Positions 9,941 through 19,779 of a DNA stretch of 64,000 nucleotides are shown one piece after another. Position numbers and translations under genes: made by a program. The first letter of the stretch is position 1; the number at the start of each line of letters is the position of its first letter. Source of the stretch: Verrucomicrobiota bacterium (GTDB lineage Bacteria; Verrucomicrobiota; Verrucomicrobiia; Opitutales; Seribacteraceae); contig JAQBYT010000003.1 in NCBI GenBank assembly GCA_027622665.1, positions 163,455 to 227,454 on the forward strand. Reading direction: 5' to 3'. The notes under the pieces are model-generated. The model worked only from the letters and a program-made list of their open reading frames with translations, had not been told where the DNA came from and made no database searches.

Positions 9941-10510
9941 ATGCGCCTCCTGCTAATAGATAATTTTGATTCATTCACATACAACCTCGTGCAATACTTT
10001 GGCGAGCTTGGGGCTGAGCAAGAAATCTTTCGCAACGATGCCATCACTCCCGAGCAAGCTATTGAACGAGAACCGGACGCGGTGGTCATCTCACCGGGTC
10101 CTTGCGATCCCGACCAAGCGGGCCAAAGTCTAGCCATAATCGAAGCCTTTGCCGGGAAAAAGCCAATCTTCGGCGTTTGCCTTGGTCACCAATGCCTCGG
10201 CCAGTATTTCGGCGGAAAAGTCATTCGGGCCGCGCGCCTAATGCACGGAAAAACCTCTCCGGTGCTCCACGACGAAAAAGAAATATTTGCGGATCTACCC
10301 AACCCATTCGAGGCCACGCGCTACCATTCATTGATAATCGAACCCAATTCAATACCCAACTGCCTCGAAGTTACGGCCAAAACGGAAGAAGGCGAAATCA
10401 TGGGTATTCGCCACAGGGAACTACCCGTGTGGGGAGTACAATTCCATCCCGAATCACTTGCCACTGAACAAGGTATATTAATCTTGAAAAACTTCTTAGA
10501 ACTCTGTTAA
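9941..10510 (+). CDS. trpG: Anthranilate/aminodeoxychorismate synthase component II (glutamine amidotransferase)
   Basis: [33 protein letters not shown]. Cannot be separated from pabA by sequence alone. Confidence 0.9.
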   Translation: MRLLLIDNFDSFTYNLVQYFGELGAEQEIFRNDAITPEQAIEREPDAVVISPGPCDPDQAGQSLAIIEAFAGKKPIFGVCLGHQCLGQYFGGKVIRAARLMHGKTSPVLHDEKEIFADLPNPFEATRYHSLIIEPNSIPNCLEVTAKTEEGEIMGIRHRELPVWGVQFHPESLATEQGILILKNFLELC

Positions 10511-10551
10511 AAAAATACCACTTTGGTGATGGTGGTAAAAAAAGTAAAATA

Positions 10552-11010
10552 ATGCGGTGTCCAAAGTGTTCGTCTGAGGACTCAAAAGTCCTTGATACTC
10601 GAGCGAGAAAAGCGGCATCAATTCGTCGTCGTAGAGAGTGTTTGTCATGCGAGCATCGCTTTTCAACCATCGAGGAAGTGTTGCGGGAAGACTTGATAGT
10701 GGTAAAACGCGACGGGCGCAGGGAAAGCTTTGACCGTCACAAAACAGCCAAGGGATTGGAACGAGCCATATCAAAACGCTCCATAGACGCAGAACAAATC
10801 AATGCCCTGTTGTCGGAAACTCTTCGGCGTATCGAAAACGAATACGACAACGAAGTGCCAAGTCGTGCTATAGCAGATGCCATCATTAGCCGTCTGCGAA
10901 ACGTCGATGAAATCGCATGGTTGCGCTTTGCCAGTTTCTACGAGGATTTCAGAGGACTTTCACGATTCGCACGGGAAATCGTAAATTCGAAAGGTGGGGG
11001 GAGTGACTAA
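10552..11010 (+). CDS. nrdR: Transcriptional repressor NrdR (Zn ribbon + ATP cone)
   Basis: CPKC...RRRRECLSC..RFST.E; VVKRDGRRESFD; LRFAS. Confidence 0.9.
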   Translation: MRCPKCSSEDSKVLDTRARKAASIRRRRECLSCEHRFSTIEEVLREDLIVVKRDGRRESFDRHKTAKGLERAISKRSIDAEQINALLSETLRRIENEYDNEVPSRAIADAIISRLRNVDEIAWLRFASFYEDFRGLSRFAREIVNSKGGGSD

Positions 11011-11500
11011 AAAGGGAAATTCGAACCAACAAAAAACCGACGACTACACACGCTTGACCAATCTCAATTCCCTTGTCTCATTTCTTGGAGGGAATATTAG
11101 TTGTGTTGAATCGGAACAGTTGAATGTAGCCCTTGCATTTCTTCGGTCAAACAATCTCGAACCCGAAATGCCCCCCCGATCTTTCGAACACTGCGTATCA
11201 CAAGTTGTTCGCTTTCATGACCCCAGTCAAATCCACTTTAATTTCGCTCATTGGGACGCTCGCCGTGGAGAAGTTGATCCACTTTGGTTACGCACTACAG
11301 TACTTGAAAAATTGTCGCAACTCGGCGACCACCCGAGTGTTCTTCTAATTGTCTCGGGTCTAAGAAACGCCTTGCTTCGTGCAGGTCGCCGATGGACTCG
11401 TCGCCGAGAAGAAACTTATCGAGAAGCCATCCACACGATCGAACTTCTGGCTGCTCGCCAAGCGAATCCCGAACAAAAACTGTCGGTTCTATTCATTTAG
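10994..11500 (+). CDS. Hypothetical protein overlapping the nrdR 3' end
   Basis: 168-aa ORF filling the gap between nrdR and convergent pheA. No motif recognised; start uncertain. Confidence 0.6.
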   Translation: MGGVTKKGNSNQQKTDDYTRLTNLNSLVSFLGGNISCVESEQLNVALAFLRSNNLEPEMPPRSFEHCVSQVVRFHDPSQIHFNFAHWDARRGEVDPLWLRTTVLEKLSQLGDHPSVLLIVSGLRNALLRAGRRWTRRREETYREAIHTIELLAARQANPEQKLSVLFI

Positions 11501-11528
11501 ACGGGACCTAAAGTCCCGCCAATTGAGC

Positions 11529-12608
11529 TCAGGACGAGGTATTGGGATAACTGCCGAGACATTTCACGAAAGGGCAAACCTTATCTAGCTCGGCGATGGC
11601 CTCTGATACCGGTTCGTCGTCTCGATGGCCAAGGAAATCGACAAAAAAATAGTAGTCCCAAGGCTTGAGTCGACTTGGTCGAGACTCAATCTTGCAAAGG
11701 TTAATGCCACGATCACCAAAAGGTCTGAGACCTTCTTGAAGGGCACCCACCTTATCCGTAAGTGACAGAACCAAACTGGTTTTGTATTCAATGTCTTCGC
11801 GGTAAGCCAAGGACTTTCGGCCGACGACGAGGAAACGGGTCAAATTGTCCTTATGATCCTGAATTCCTTCCGCAATGCAGGGAACGTCATAGAGGCGACC
11901 CGCCAGAGCACCCGCAATGGCGGCAGTCCCTGAAGCGCCCTTGGCTGTTCGTACCGCTTCGGCGGTGCTGGTTGCGTTTTCAAGGCGGGCAGTGGGCAAA
12001 TTACGGCGAAGCCACTCCCCGCATTGAGCGAGCGCTTGATCCTTGGAGGATACTTTCTTAATTTCCTCAAGCGGTGAAGTGGAGAGTAAACTATGCTCGA
12101 TCTTGAGGTAGACTTGAGCGATGATCGTCAACTCGGTGTCCACTAAGAGATCGAGCGAACGGTTCACCGACCCCTCGGTGGAATTCTCCACCGGAACCAC
12201 TCCATAGTCGCACTCGGAGCGCTCCACCTCGCGAAAGACGTCCGGGATATCCGAAAGGGGCTTATAGGAAAGAGCCGAGCCGAAATTCTTGATCGCTGCT
12301 TGATGAGTAAAAGTAGCTTCGGGTCCAAGATAACCGATCTGTAAATCTTTCTGCAAGGCAATCGATGCGGAAATCACTTCCCGATAAATCGTCCGCAAGG
12401 TTGTGACCTCAAGCAAACCCTCGTTAAGCTTCTCCAGTTTTCGGAAAACCTCTTCTTCGCGAGCAGGATCGTAGGGATCTAAACCTTGTTCGTTCTTGAT
12501 GCGACCAATTTCCGCAGAAGCGCGCACACGGTCGTTGAGCAACCGAGTAACGTCACGGTCGATATCATCAATTTTAGATCGAAGCTGTTCCAGTTCTGAG
12601 GATTTCAC
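11529..12608 (-). CDS. pheA: Chorismate mutase / prephenate dehydratase (P-protein)
   Basis: LR.KID.ID CM domain; YLGPEATFT, PVENSTEG, TRFLV and ACT domain KIESRP. Probable GTG start at 12608. Confidence 0.95.
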   Translation of the reverse strand: MKSSELEQLRSKIDDIDRDVTRLLNDRVRASAEIGRIKNEQGLDPYDPAREEEVFRKLEKLNEGLLEVTTLRTIYREVISASIALQKDLQIGYLGPEATFTHQAAIKNFGSALSYKPLSDIPDVFREVERSECDYGVVPVENSTEGSVNRSLDLLVDTELTIIAQVYLKIEHSLLSTSPLEEIKKVSSKDQALAQCGEWLRRNLPTARLENATSTAEAVRTAKGASGTAAIAGALAGRLYDVPCIAEGIQDHKDNLTRFLVVGRKSLAYREDIEYKTSLVLSLTDKVGALQEGLRPFGDRGINLCKIESRPSRLKPWDYYFFVDFLGHRDDEPVSEAIAELDKVCPFVKCLGSYPNTSS

Positions 12609-12701
12609 TGAAAAACATGGTTGCGAGTGGAGCAAATGTGGATTGTTTAGAGGATCTCCGTAAGGCAATCAATAATTCGCCTAACTAGATTTTACGCAAC
12701 C

Positions 12702-14396
12702 ATGAAAACTTCCTGTAACAGACCGTACTCCTCAATAATCGTGGACGGCATCGATCGAGCACCCAACCGGTCCATGCTGCGAGCCGTTGGCTTTGAAGAC
12801 GCTGATTTCGAAAAACCTCAAGTAGCCGTGTGCTCGGCATGGAGCATGGTGACACCCTGTAATGCTCACCTCGACGAATTGGCCAAGAGATCTGTTATTG
12901 GCGTAGACGAAGCGGGTGGCAAAGCACTCCCATTCGGCACGATAACGGTTTCCGACGGTATCAGCATGGGCACACCCGGAATGAGGTACTCGCTGGTATC
13001 CAGAGAGGTTATCGCAGATTCCATCGAAACCGTCGTTGGCGCAGAGGGCATGGACGGAGTGGTCGCCATCGGAGGATGCGACAAGAACATGCCGGCCTGC
13101 ATAATGGCCCTAAGCCGTCTTAACCGACCGGGAATTTTTGTCTACGGAGGCACCATCCTTCCCGGAATTCACAAGGAACAGAACTTAGATATTGTATCCG
13201 TGTTCGAGGCCGTCGGCGCCCACTCGGGGGGTAAGTTGAGTGAAGACGAATTGAAGGAAATAGAAACTAAGGCGATTCCCGGACACGGTTCCTGTGGAGG
13301 TATGTACACGGCAAATACGATGTCGTCCGCAATCGAGGCTCTCGGAATGAGCCTACCCGATAGTTCGGCCCAGCTCGCCATCTCCGAGGAAAAACGCATT
13401 GATGCAGAAAAAGCAGGCGCCGCCGTAGTTAACCTAATAGAGAAAAACATATGCCCTAGTGACATCATGACCCGCGAAGCATTCGAAAACGCCATCACCG
13501 TTGTCATCTGTCTTGGTGGTTCCACGAACGCGGTGCTCCACCTACTGGCCATGGCTCATTCGGCAAACATCCCACTCAAACTAGACGACTTCACTGAAAT
13601 CGGCAAAAGGGTACCCGTACTTTGCGACCTCAAGCCAAGCGGCAAGTACAACATGTCTCACTTTGTTCGGATCGGCGGACTGCGCCCTTTGCTCAAGGCA
13701 CTCCTCGACGAGGGCCTTCTTCACGGCGACTGCCTCACCGTCACAGGCAAAACTGTCCGTGACAACATCTCTGACGCGGAACCCTATGCTCCCTACCCTG
13801 ATGGACAGGATCTCGTGCGTCCGTTCGACAATCCCATCAAGCCCGATAGCCATCTTCGTATCTTGTATGGCAATCTTGCCAGGGACGGCGCCGTGGCAAA
13901 GATTACGGGTAAGGAAGGACTCAGGTTCTCAGGGAAGGCAATCGTCTTCGAATCAGAGGAAGCCTGCCTAAAAGGAATTCTTGATGGCGAAGTAGAGGCT
14001 GGCCATGTTCTGGTCATCCGGAATGAGGGTCCGGTGGGAGGTCCGGGTATGCGCGAAATGCTCTCTCCGACCGGAGCCATTATGGGCAAAGGTCTAGGCG
14101 ATCAGGTCGCGCTTATTACCGACGGAAGGTTTTCCGGAGGAAGCCATGGCTTCGTGGTTGGCCATGTCACCCCGGAAGCTGCGGTAGGAGGTCCTATTGG
14201 AGTAATTAGGAACAACGACCCGATCACCATCGACGCAGAGAAAAACGAACTTAACCTAGATATTTCCGAAGATGAGCTTGAAGCTAGGCTCGAAGCTCGG
14301 ACACTTCCCGAAGCCAAAGAAAAACGAGGTGTACTCGCCAAGTATGCAAAGCTCGTAAGCTCTGCCTCTCTAGGTGCTATAACGGACGGATTTTAA
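12702..14396 (+). CDS. ilvD: Dihydroxy-acid dehydratase
   Basis: [49 protein letters not shown]. Confidence 0.97.
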   Translation: MKTSCNRPYSSIIVDGIDRAPNRSMLRAVGFEDADFEKPQVAVCSAWSMVTPCNAHLDELAKRSVIGVDEAGGKALPFGTITVSDGISMGTPGMRYSLVSREVIADSIETVVGAEGMDGVVAIGGCDKNMPACIMALSRLNRPGIFVYGGTILPGIHKEQNLDIVSVFEAVGAHSGGKLSEDELKEIETKAIPGHGSCGGMYTANTMSSAIEALGMSLPDSSAQLAISEEKRIDAEKAGAAVVNLIEKNICPSDIMTREAFENAITVVICLGGSTNAVLHLLAMAHSANIPLKLDDFTEIGKRVPVLCDLKPSGKYNMSHFVRIGGLRPLLKALLDEGLLHGDCLTVTGKTVRDNISDAEPYAPYPDGQDLVRPFDNPIKPDSHLRILYGNLARDGAVAKITGKEGLRFSGKAIVFESEEACLKGILDGEVEAGHVLVIRNEGPVGGPGMREMLSPTGAIMGKGLGDQVALITDGRFSGGSHGFVVGHVTPEAAVGGPIGVIRNNDPITIDAEKNELNLDISEDELEARLEARTLPEAKEKRGVLAKYAKLVSSASLGAITDGF

Positions 14397-14403
14397 TCGC
14401 ACT

Positions 14404-15972
14404 ATGAACAAAGATTTATATCTCGAATTCAAGGATGCCAATTTTTGGGCTGACTTCTCATTCGTCGACTTTCCCGAAGGTTATCTCGAGTCGATGGGAA
14501 CTAGTGTCAACGACGCCTTAGTTGCCATGAGGGAACTGGAGGGAGGAGCGTTAGCCAACCCAGATGAAAATCGCATGGTTGGTCACTATTGGCTTCGAGC
14601 CCCTGAACTAGCTCCCAGCGAAGAGATAAGAAACGCCATACAAGATACACTCGCTAAGACAAAAAATCTAGCCAACCGAGTCCATGAAGGCGACTTGAGA
14701 GCGCCTGCCGGTGCATTTACCGACCTTCTGATCATAGGTATTGGGGGTTCCGCACTAGGTCCGCAGTTCGTAGGAAGAGCATTGGGACACCCAAAGACAA
14801 ATAAGTTGGCGGTACATTTCTTCGACAACACCGATCCCGACGGCATAGATTTGACCCTCGCCGAAATTGATGAACGACTAGCCACCACTCTGGTCATCGT
14901 AATTTCGAAGTCCGGAGGCACCCCTGAAACTCGGAACGGCATGCTAGAAGCAGAGAACGCATTTGCCCAAAATGGCTTAGACTTAGCAAAACAAGCCATC
15001 GCAATTACTGGAGAAGGCAGCAAACTACACCAACACGCCACCTCAAAAGGTTGGCTAGATTTCCTCCCTATGTGGGATTGGGTCGGTGGCAGGACTAGCG
15101 AAACAGCTGTGGTGGGACTCCTACCGGCGGCTCTTCAGGGGATCGACATCGACGCATTCCTTGAAGGAGCCAAAGTGATGGACAAACTCACTCGAGTGAG
15201 TGACTTCCAGAACAACCCTGCGGCCATGCTAGCCATTGCATGGCATTACCTCACCGATGGCAAAGGTTCGCGCGACATGGTGATTCTTCCATACAAGGAT
15301 CGCCTCGAGTTGTTCGCCAAGTACCTCCAACAACTGGTGATGGAGTCTCTCGGCAAGGAAAGAGACCTCGATGGCAATACAGTTCACCAAGGCATTGCAG
15401 TCTATGGAAACAAGGGGTCGACCGACCAGCACGCCTATGTTCAACAATTACGAGAGGGTGTGCCCAACTTCTTCGCCACTTTCATAGAGGTCCTCAAGCA
15501 CCGTGAGACTGCAAGTCCTCCGGTGGATGACGACGGCATGACATCAGGCGAATACCTGCACGGATTCTTCTTGGGCACACGAGATGCCCTTTACGATAAG
15601 GGGCGGAAATCGATCACCCTTACAATCCAAGAAATCACTCCCGCCTCAGTTGGCGGTCTCATTGCCCTCTTCGAGCGAGCAGTCGGACTCTACGCCTCGC
15701 TAATCGGTATCAACGCGTACAACCAACCGGGAGTTGAGGCAGGGAAGAAAGCGGCCGCATCCGTACTGGAAGTAAGGAAATCCGTTTGCGATTATCTACA
15801 AAAGAACGAGCAGTCCCCTATGAAAGCAAAGGAAATTGCATTAGCCATCGGCTGTTCCAGCCGAGAAACATGGATTTACAAGATCTTGGAGAACCTTGTT
15901 GCCAACCAACCCGAAACCTACGCAAGAGAATCCGGCGCCCACTCGCTGGCGGATCGATTCGTCAAAGTTTAA
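14404..15972 (+). CDS. pgi: Glucose-6-phosphate isomerase
   Basis: IGIGGSALGP, SKSGGT.ET, VGGRTS, QQLVMESLGK, NQPGVEAGK. Confidence 0.96.
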   Translation: MNKDLYLEFKDANFWADFSFVDFPEGYLESMGTSVNDALVAMRELEGGALANPDENRMVGHYWLRAPELAPSEEIRNAIQDTLAKTKNLANRVHEGDLRAPAGAFTDLLIIGIGGSALGPQFVGRALGHPKTNKLAVHFFDNTDPDGIDLTLAEIDERLATTLVIVISKSGGTPETRNGMLEAENAFAQNGLDLAKQAIAITGEGSKLHQHATSKGWLDFLPMWDWVGGRTSETAVVGLLPAALQGIDIDAFLEGAKVMDKLTRVSDFQNNPAAMLAIAWHYLTDGKGSRDMVILPYKDRLELFAKYLQQLVMESLGKERDLDGNTVHQGIAVYGNKGSTDQHAYVQQLREGVPNFFATFIEVLKHRETASPPVDDDGMTSGEYLHGFFLGTRDALYDKGRKSITLTIQEITPASVGGLIALFERAVGLYASLIGINAYNQPGVEAGKKAAASVLEVRKSVCDYLQKNEQSPMKAKEIALAIGCSSRETWIYKILENLVANQPETYARESGAHSLADRFVKV

Positions 15973-17036
15973 TCAAGCACGTTCGGAGGTTTCTTCGGCT
16001 TGAGTTTGGTCGTTGCGCCGGGCTTGGGTTTAGGGGGCGGCGGCACTTTCGAACGACCCAAGTCATGGTGTCCCCAGTAGTAACTCCACCAATCACTAGA
16101 GCGGTGAGCGGGTTTCCATCCGGCGGGAAATTTTCTTTTGGATGAAATTTCCCGAGCAGCCAAGTAAGTCGAAAAACTATCGGGAAAGACCTCGAACAAG
16201 AGATAACGATCGGTAGGTTTGAGAGAGGCCAAAGTTTTCATGTATGCGGAACCTGATTTACCCAAAGCCAATTCGTCTTCGCCCACGTTGGGACGGCGTT
16301 CCATGGTGAATCGTATAAGTTTGTCTCCCCCGGGAATCGCCGTGAGGCTAAAGAACGCGTTCCCGGGTTTCTTTTGACCGAAATGGGCAGCTAACTTCTT
16401 GCCATCGTACTCCCTATCTTTGTTCGGCTTTATTCCGGATTGGGCGATGGCTTTATCGGCGCTTTTCCGCAAATTCGAATCGTCCAGAGGATAGATTTTT
16501 CCCTCCCTGCATAGAAACCGAAAGGGGGTAGCCTTTGGCGGAGCAGGCTTGGGGTCCGGCAAGTTGACGTCCTTGCTCAGACTTTTGGACGAGGGCTTTG
16601 GAGCCTTGGCCAACAAACCTTTTATTTTCTTTAGCTTCACTTCGATTTTTTTCTTCTCGTCATCGACCTTTTTCTTCTCAGTTTGTAAGACTGTTGGATT
16701 CCCCAAACTTTTGGGTACTGAAGACTTAAGATCGGATAATTTTTTTTCCAACTTGGCGATCTCGCGGACAAACTGTTGATCCTCCTTGTTCTTTGCCGCC
16801 ATTCCCAATTCCAATTTTTTCTTCTCTTCCAGCAACCCGTTTCGCTGATCTTCGAATTGCCGCATCGCCATCTCCATTAACTCATCGTAATTTTTCTCGT
16901 CCACGATGCGCTTGACCGCTGAATCAGCTCCGAGTTGCACAACGATGAGCAAAATAATAAGGATACCAACGACCGTTGTCATCGTATCCAACAAGGAATC
17001 AAGGCTGCCTACCGCGTCTTTCTTTCTTTTTTTCAC
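15969..17036 (-). CDS. Divergent ExbD/TolR-like membrane protein (TM Asp retained) with coiled coil
   Basis: Basic N-terminus MKKRKK; TM SLLDTMTTVVGILIILLIVV; coiled coil; C-terminal alpha/beta domain (LLFEVFPDSF...GWKP). Third gene of the exbB-like operon. Confidence 0.6.
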   Translation of the reverse strand: MKKRKKDAVGSLDSLLDTMTTVVGILIILLIVVQLGADSAVKRIVDEKNYDELMEMAMRQFEDQRNGLLEEKKKLELGMAAKNKEDQQFVREIAKLEKKLSDLKSSVPKSLGNPTVLQTEKKKVDDEKKKIEVKLKKIKGLLAKAPKPSSKSLSKDVNLPDPKPAPPKATPFRFLCREGKIYPLDDSNLRKSADKAIAQSGIKPNKDREYDGKKLAAHFGQKKPGNAFFSLTAIPGGDKLIRFTMERRPNVGEDELALGKSGSAYMKTLASLKPTDRYLLFEVFPDSFSTYLAAREISSKRKFPAGWKPAHRSSDWWSYYWGHHDLGRSKVPPPPKPKPGATTKLKPKKPPNVLD

Positions 17037-18022
17037 GATCCCGAAAAGAGTGAAAGATCGATTTCACCCTCTCCATCAAGAGGGAGGTGCCCGAATCGGC
17101 AATCGTACTTCGCGCAAACTTGGGTGGCTTTATACCATGCAGCGATACCTTTGCTCCGCACCAAAAAGATCACGAAACGAGCTTCCGGATCAGGTCTATT
17201 AGCCTTGCGTGCCTCCTCGTATTTGCGAACGATCTGTCGAGATGCTGGTGACAATTGCAAGGCAGGGAACCGCAGAATCTTTCCCTTTTTGTCTTTGAGT
17301 GTAATCGTGCTGCCATCTCGCTTTATGAACTGAGCGTCCATCTTACTTCCTTTGGCACTTTGCCAACTTCGATACGGTGCTTCCTTCGCCAGCATCTTAA
17401 CCAATTTCTGCAGCTTAGGGTTGTTCGAAATTTCCGATGTTTTCACCTCGTAAGCAATGTCTTTGCCTTCATACACACGTATCCCAATGTCACGGCACTC
17501 TATAAACGTAGGCTCCAAATCGCCCCCCACCCCTGATCCACTCTGCTTAACTACCATAGTCTCGAATTCATTTGGATCCTTCATCAGGTCCCACTCCTCC
17601 TCGGCTTCATCAAAGTTTTCGGTCAATATTGCGATTTCCGCCGACACCTTCTGACTCTCCGCCTTCAATGCAGTAGATTTTTTGTTTTGCTGCAAAACGG
17701 CTGACTTCTTTTTTTCAATCGCAGCTATTTCGACAACAAGCTTCTCCTTTTTCGCCGGATCAATTTTTTTCGTTGGATTTGCTCGAATAGACTTAATCTC
17801 ATTGCGAATCTTTTCGATGATCGCCTTTTGTTCATCCATTTTCTTCTGAAATTCCTCGTCCTCCTCCAACGCAGTCTCGATTTTTTCGTTAACCGCTTCC
17901 GGATCGATTTGAGCTATCACGACAGCCGTAATCATCAAAGTGAGGATTCCCAAAACGCATGCCAGGATGCTGAGGAAGGGGAAAAGCGAGACCTGCAGGT
18001 CGTTGTTTTTTTTCTTCTTCAA
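17033..18022 (-). CDS. Divergent ExbD/TolR-like membrane protein (no TM Asp) with inserted SHD1-like domain
   Basis: MKKKK; TM SLFPFLSILACVLGILTLMI; coiled coil; YRSWQSAKG...LSPASRQIV SHD1-like insert; IFLVRSKG...FGHLPL. Confidence 0.6.
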   Translation of the reverse strand: MKKKKNNDLQVSLFPFLSILACVLGILTLMITAVVIAQIDPEAVNEKIETALEEDEEFQKKMDEQKAIIEKIRNEIKSIRANPTKKIDPAKKEKLVVEIAAIEKKKSAVLQQNKKSTALKAESQKVSAEIAILTENFDEAEEEWDLMKDPNEFETMVVKQSGSGVGGDLEPTFIECRDIGIRVYEGKDIAYEVKTSEISNNPKLQKLVKMLAKEAPYRSWQSAKGSKMDAQFIKRDGSTITLKDKKGKILRFPALQLSPASRQIVRKYEEARKANRPDPEARFVIFLVRSKGIAAWYKATQVCAKYDCRFGHLPLDGEGEIDLSLFSGS

Positions 18023-18045
18023 GGTTACGGCTCCATAAACGTCAC

Positions 18046-19113
18046 CTAACTCCGTTGGTCTGCCTTCGGTTCATTCGCCGACTCAACCCCCGCGATGGCG
18101 GCATAATGATGTGCGACGTGAGTCATTTGCTCCGCAACGTAAGTCTGTGACTCCTGAACTTGGACAAGATATGCCTGCAGGTTCTCGATGCGTTGCAGGA
18201 GGGCGGAAGGATCGCCGGAAGCATGAACTGAATCGGTTGGTTCGCGGAGACGCTTTAGAAAGTACTCGTTACAATACTCGTCCACCTTATTGAGCAGATC
18301 CTCTTCGGCTTTTTGCATCATACTAGTCGGAAACATCACGAACAAGCTGAAAACGAGCGACACCAAGGTGGTATCAAATGCTTCGCTCAAGCCACCCGTG
18401 ACTTGACCTAATTTCTCCTTGATGACTGCAATATCGGCGGCAGCGCCCATCTCGCCGCCAAAACTTGAGACTGCATCACTAATACCAAGAACGGTACCAA
18501 TGAATCCAAGTATCGGAATAGCCCAGATGAACACCTTGATAATAACGTAACTGGACTCGACCATAGTCGCGTCGATCTCGGATTGAGAAGACAGCACGTC
18601 CGCCGTTTCCGAATGATTTCGCCGTACTCGAAAGTGTTCCAATCCCCTTAGGATTCGAGTGATAAGGAAGCTTTCCTTAGGATCGAAACCTAAACGCTTA
18701 ACATGAGCCTCGAAATGCGAGAGGTTTTCAATTCGGATATCTTCGGATATTTCTTCCGGCAAAACCTTGAACTGGATGACACTCAACTGATTCATCAGCT
18801 TACGCCGCTTAAACCAGAGGATAGCGAACGACCAGCAGGCCAAGTAAGTGAGAACGAAAGGGACCCAACCTCGGTCATAAAAATAAAGATAAATCACGTT
18901 TGTGCTCTCGGAGATATGGAACACCAAAATGAAAAGGTAGAACGCAATGCCCAATGCGAGCCCAAGCAATGCAGCCTTGGCCATCGGAACGGATGTGGCG
19001 GAAGCGTTGTCGAACTTACCCATTTCGCCGGCGCTTCGCTGCATCACGTTGATTTGGGTGAACTTGTCCTTGTCCACCGCAATTTTACGGACTGTTCCTT
19101 TTTGCTGAGCCAT
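18046..19113 (-). CDS. MotA/TolQ/ExbB proton channel family protein
   Basis: IPILGFIGTVLGI and GLSEAFDTTLVSL channel helices, plus extra N-terminal TM segments. ATG at 19113. Confidence 0.88.
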   Translation of the reverse strand: MAQQKGTVRKIAVDKDKFTQINVMQRSAGEMGKFDNASATSVPMAKAALLGLALGIAFYLFILVFHISESTNVIYLYFYDRGWVPFVLTYLACWSFAILWFKRRKLMNQLSVIQFKVLPEEISEDIRIENLSHFEAHVKRLGFDPKESFLITRILRGLEHFRVRRNHSETADVLSSQSEIDATMVESSYVIIKVFIWAIPILGFIGTVLGISDAVSSFGGEMGAAADIAVIKEKLGQVTGGLSEAFDTTLVSLVFSLFVMFPTSMMQKAEEDLLNKVDEYCNEYFLKRLREPTDSVHASGDPSALLQRIENLQAYLVQVQESQTYVAEQMTHVAHHYAAIAGVESANEPKADQRS

Positions 19114-19219
19114 AAAAACAATTATTTGGAATAAAGATATTGCCTTCAACTCGAAAGACCGCAAAAGAACAGCCTTTTGTCTTTCTAGTGAAATTTAAAT
19201 AAACTTTATCTTCTGATCA

Positions 19220-19744
19220 ATGGTGGAACTAACAATGAACAAAGACGGAAAACCGCGCAAGAAGGGAAGCGGCAAGACAATAGGTGCTGGTTGCTATGCC
19301 AAAATACCGTGGTCCGACCTGAAAAAATTCATTGGATCCGAGGTTTCCATCCCAGTCAGTAGAGTGTGGCTGCGAAACCTGAATGCCGATCTGGACAAGT
19401 ATGTAGACCAGTCACCAAATTCTTTGCCTGAGCCTAGCGTTGACGAAAGCCTTCCACCATCTACCGGCACCGCAGAAACGTTGCCCGACTCCACGCCGGA
19501 GGTGCCGACAGAGTTAGAAGAAATCGTAGCCATTTCTGAATCGGAGCCGCTGAAATCTGATGATTCGTCCGATTTCGCAGAAACAGAGATTCCATCAGTT
19601 CCCGAACTAGGTCCTGAAGAAACTAAAGACACTCCGGAGGAGGAGGATTCTCAGCACAAAGCGAAGGACGAAAACGAAGAGATTGCCACGGGGAATTCAT
19701 TAGCTGGAATCGCCTATCGTTACTCCCAGAACTTCGATCTATAA
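19220..19744 (+). CDS. Hypothetical protein: basic N-terminal domain plus acidic disordered tail
   Basis: KDGKPRKKGSGKT...IPVSRVWL followed by an E/D/P/S-rich region. Confidence 0.65.
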   Translation: MVELTMNKDGKPRKKGSGKTIGAGCYAKIPWSDLKKFIGSEVSIPVSRVWLRNLNADLDKYVDQSPNSLPEPSVDESLPPSTGTAETLPDSTPEVPTELEEIVAISESEPLKSDDSSDFAETEIPSVPELGPEETKDTPEEEDSQHKAKDENEEIATGNSLAGIAYRYSQNFDL

Positions 19745-19777
19745 GCCCCGATGGGATTATAAGATCGGGGCAAAAAA
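19745..19777. terminator. Hairpin between convergent genes
   Basis: GCCCCGAT / ATCGGGGC 8-bp stem flanked by A6. The tail orientation is not canonical for either gene. Confidence 0.4.
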
Positions 19778-19779
19778 CG

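Noticed and set aside
15969..19113. Zorya (ZorAB) defence system or flagellar MotAB
   Set aside because: No OmpA-like peptidoglycan-binding domain in either partner, no very long ZorA tail, and no zorC/D/E or flagellar genes nearby.
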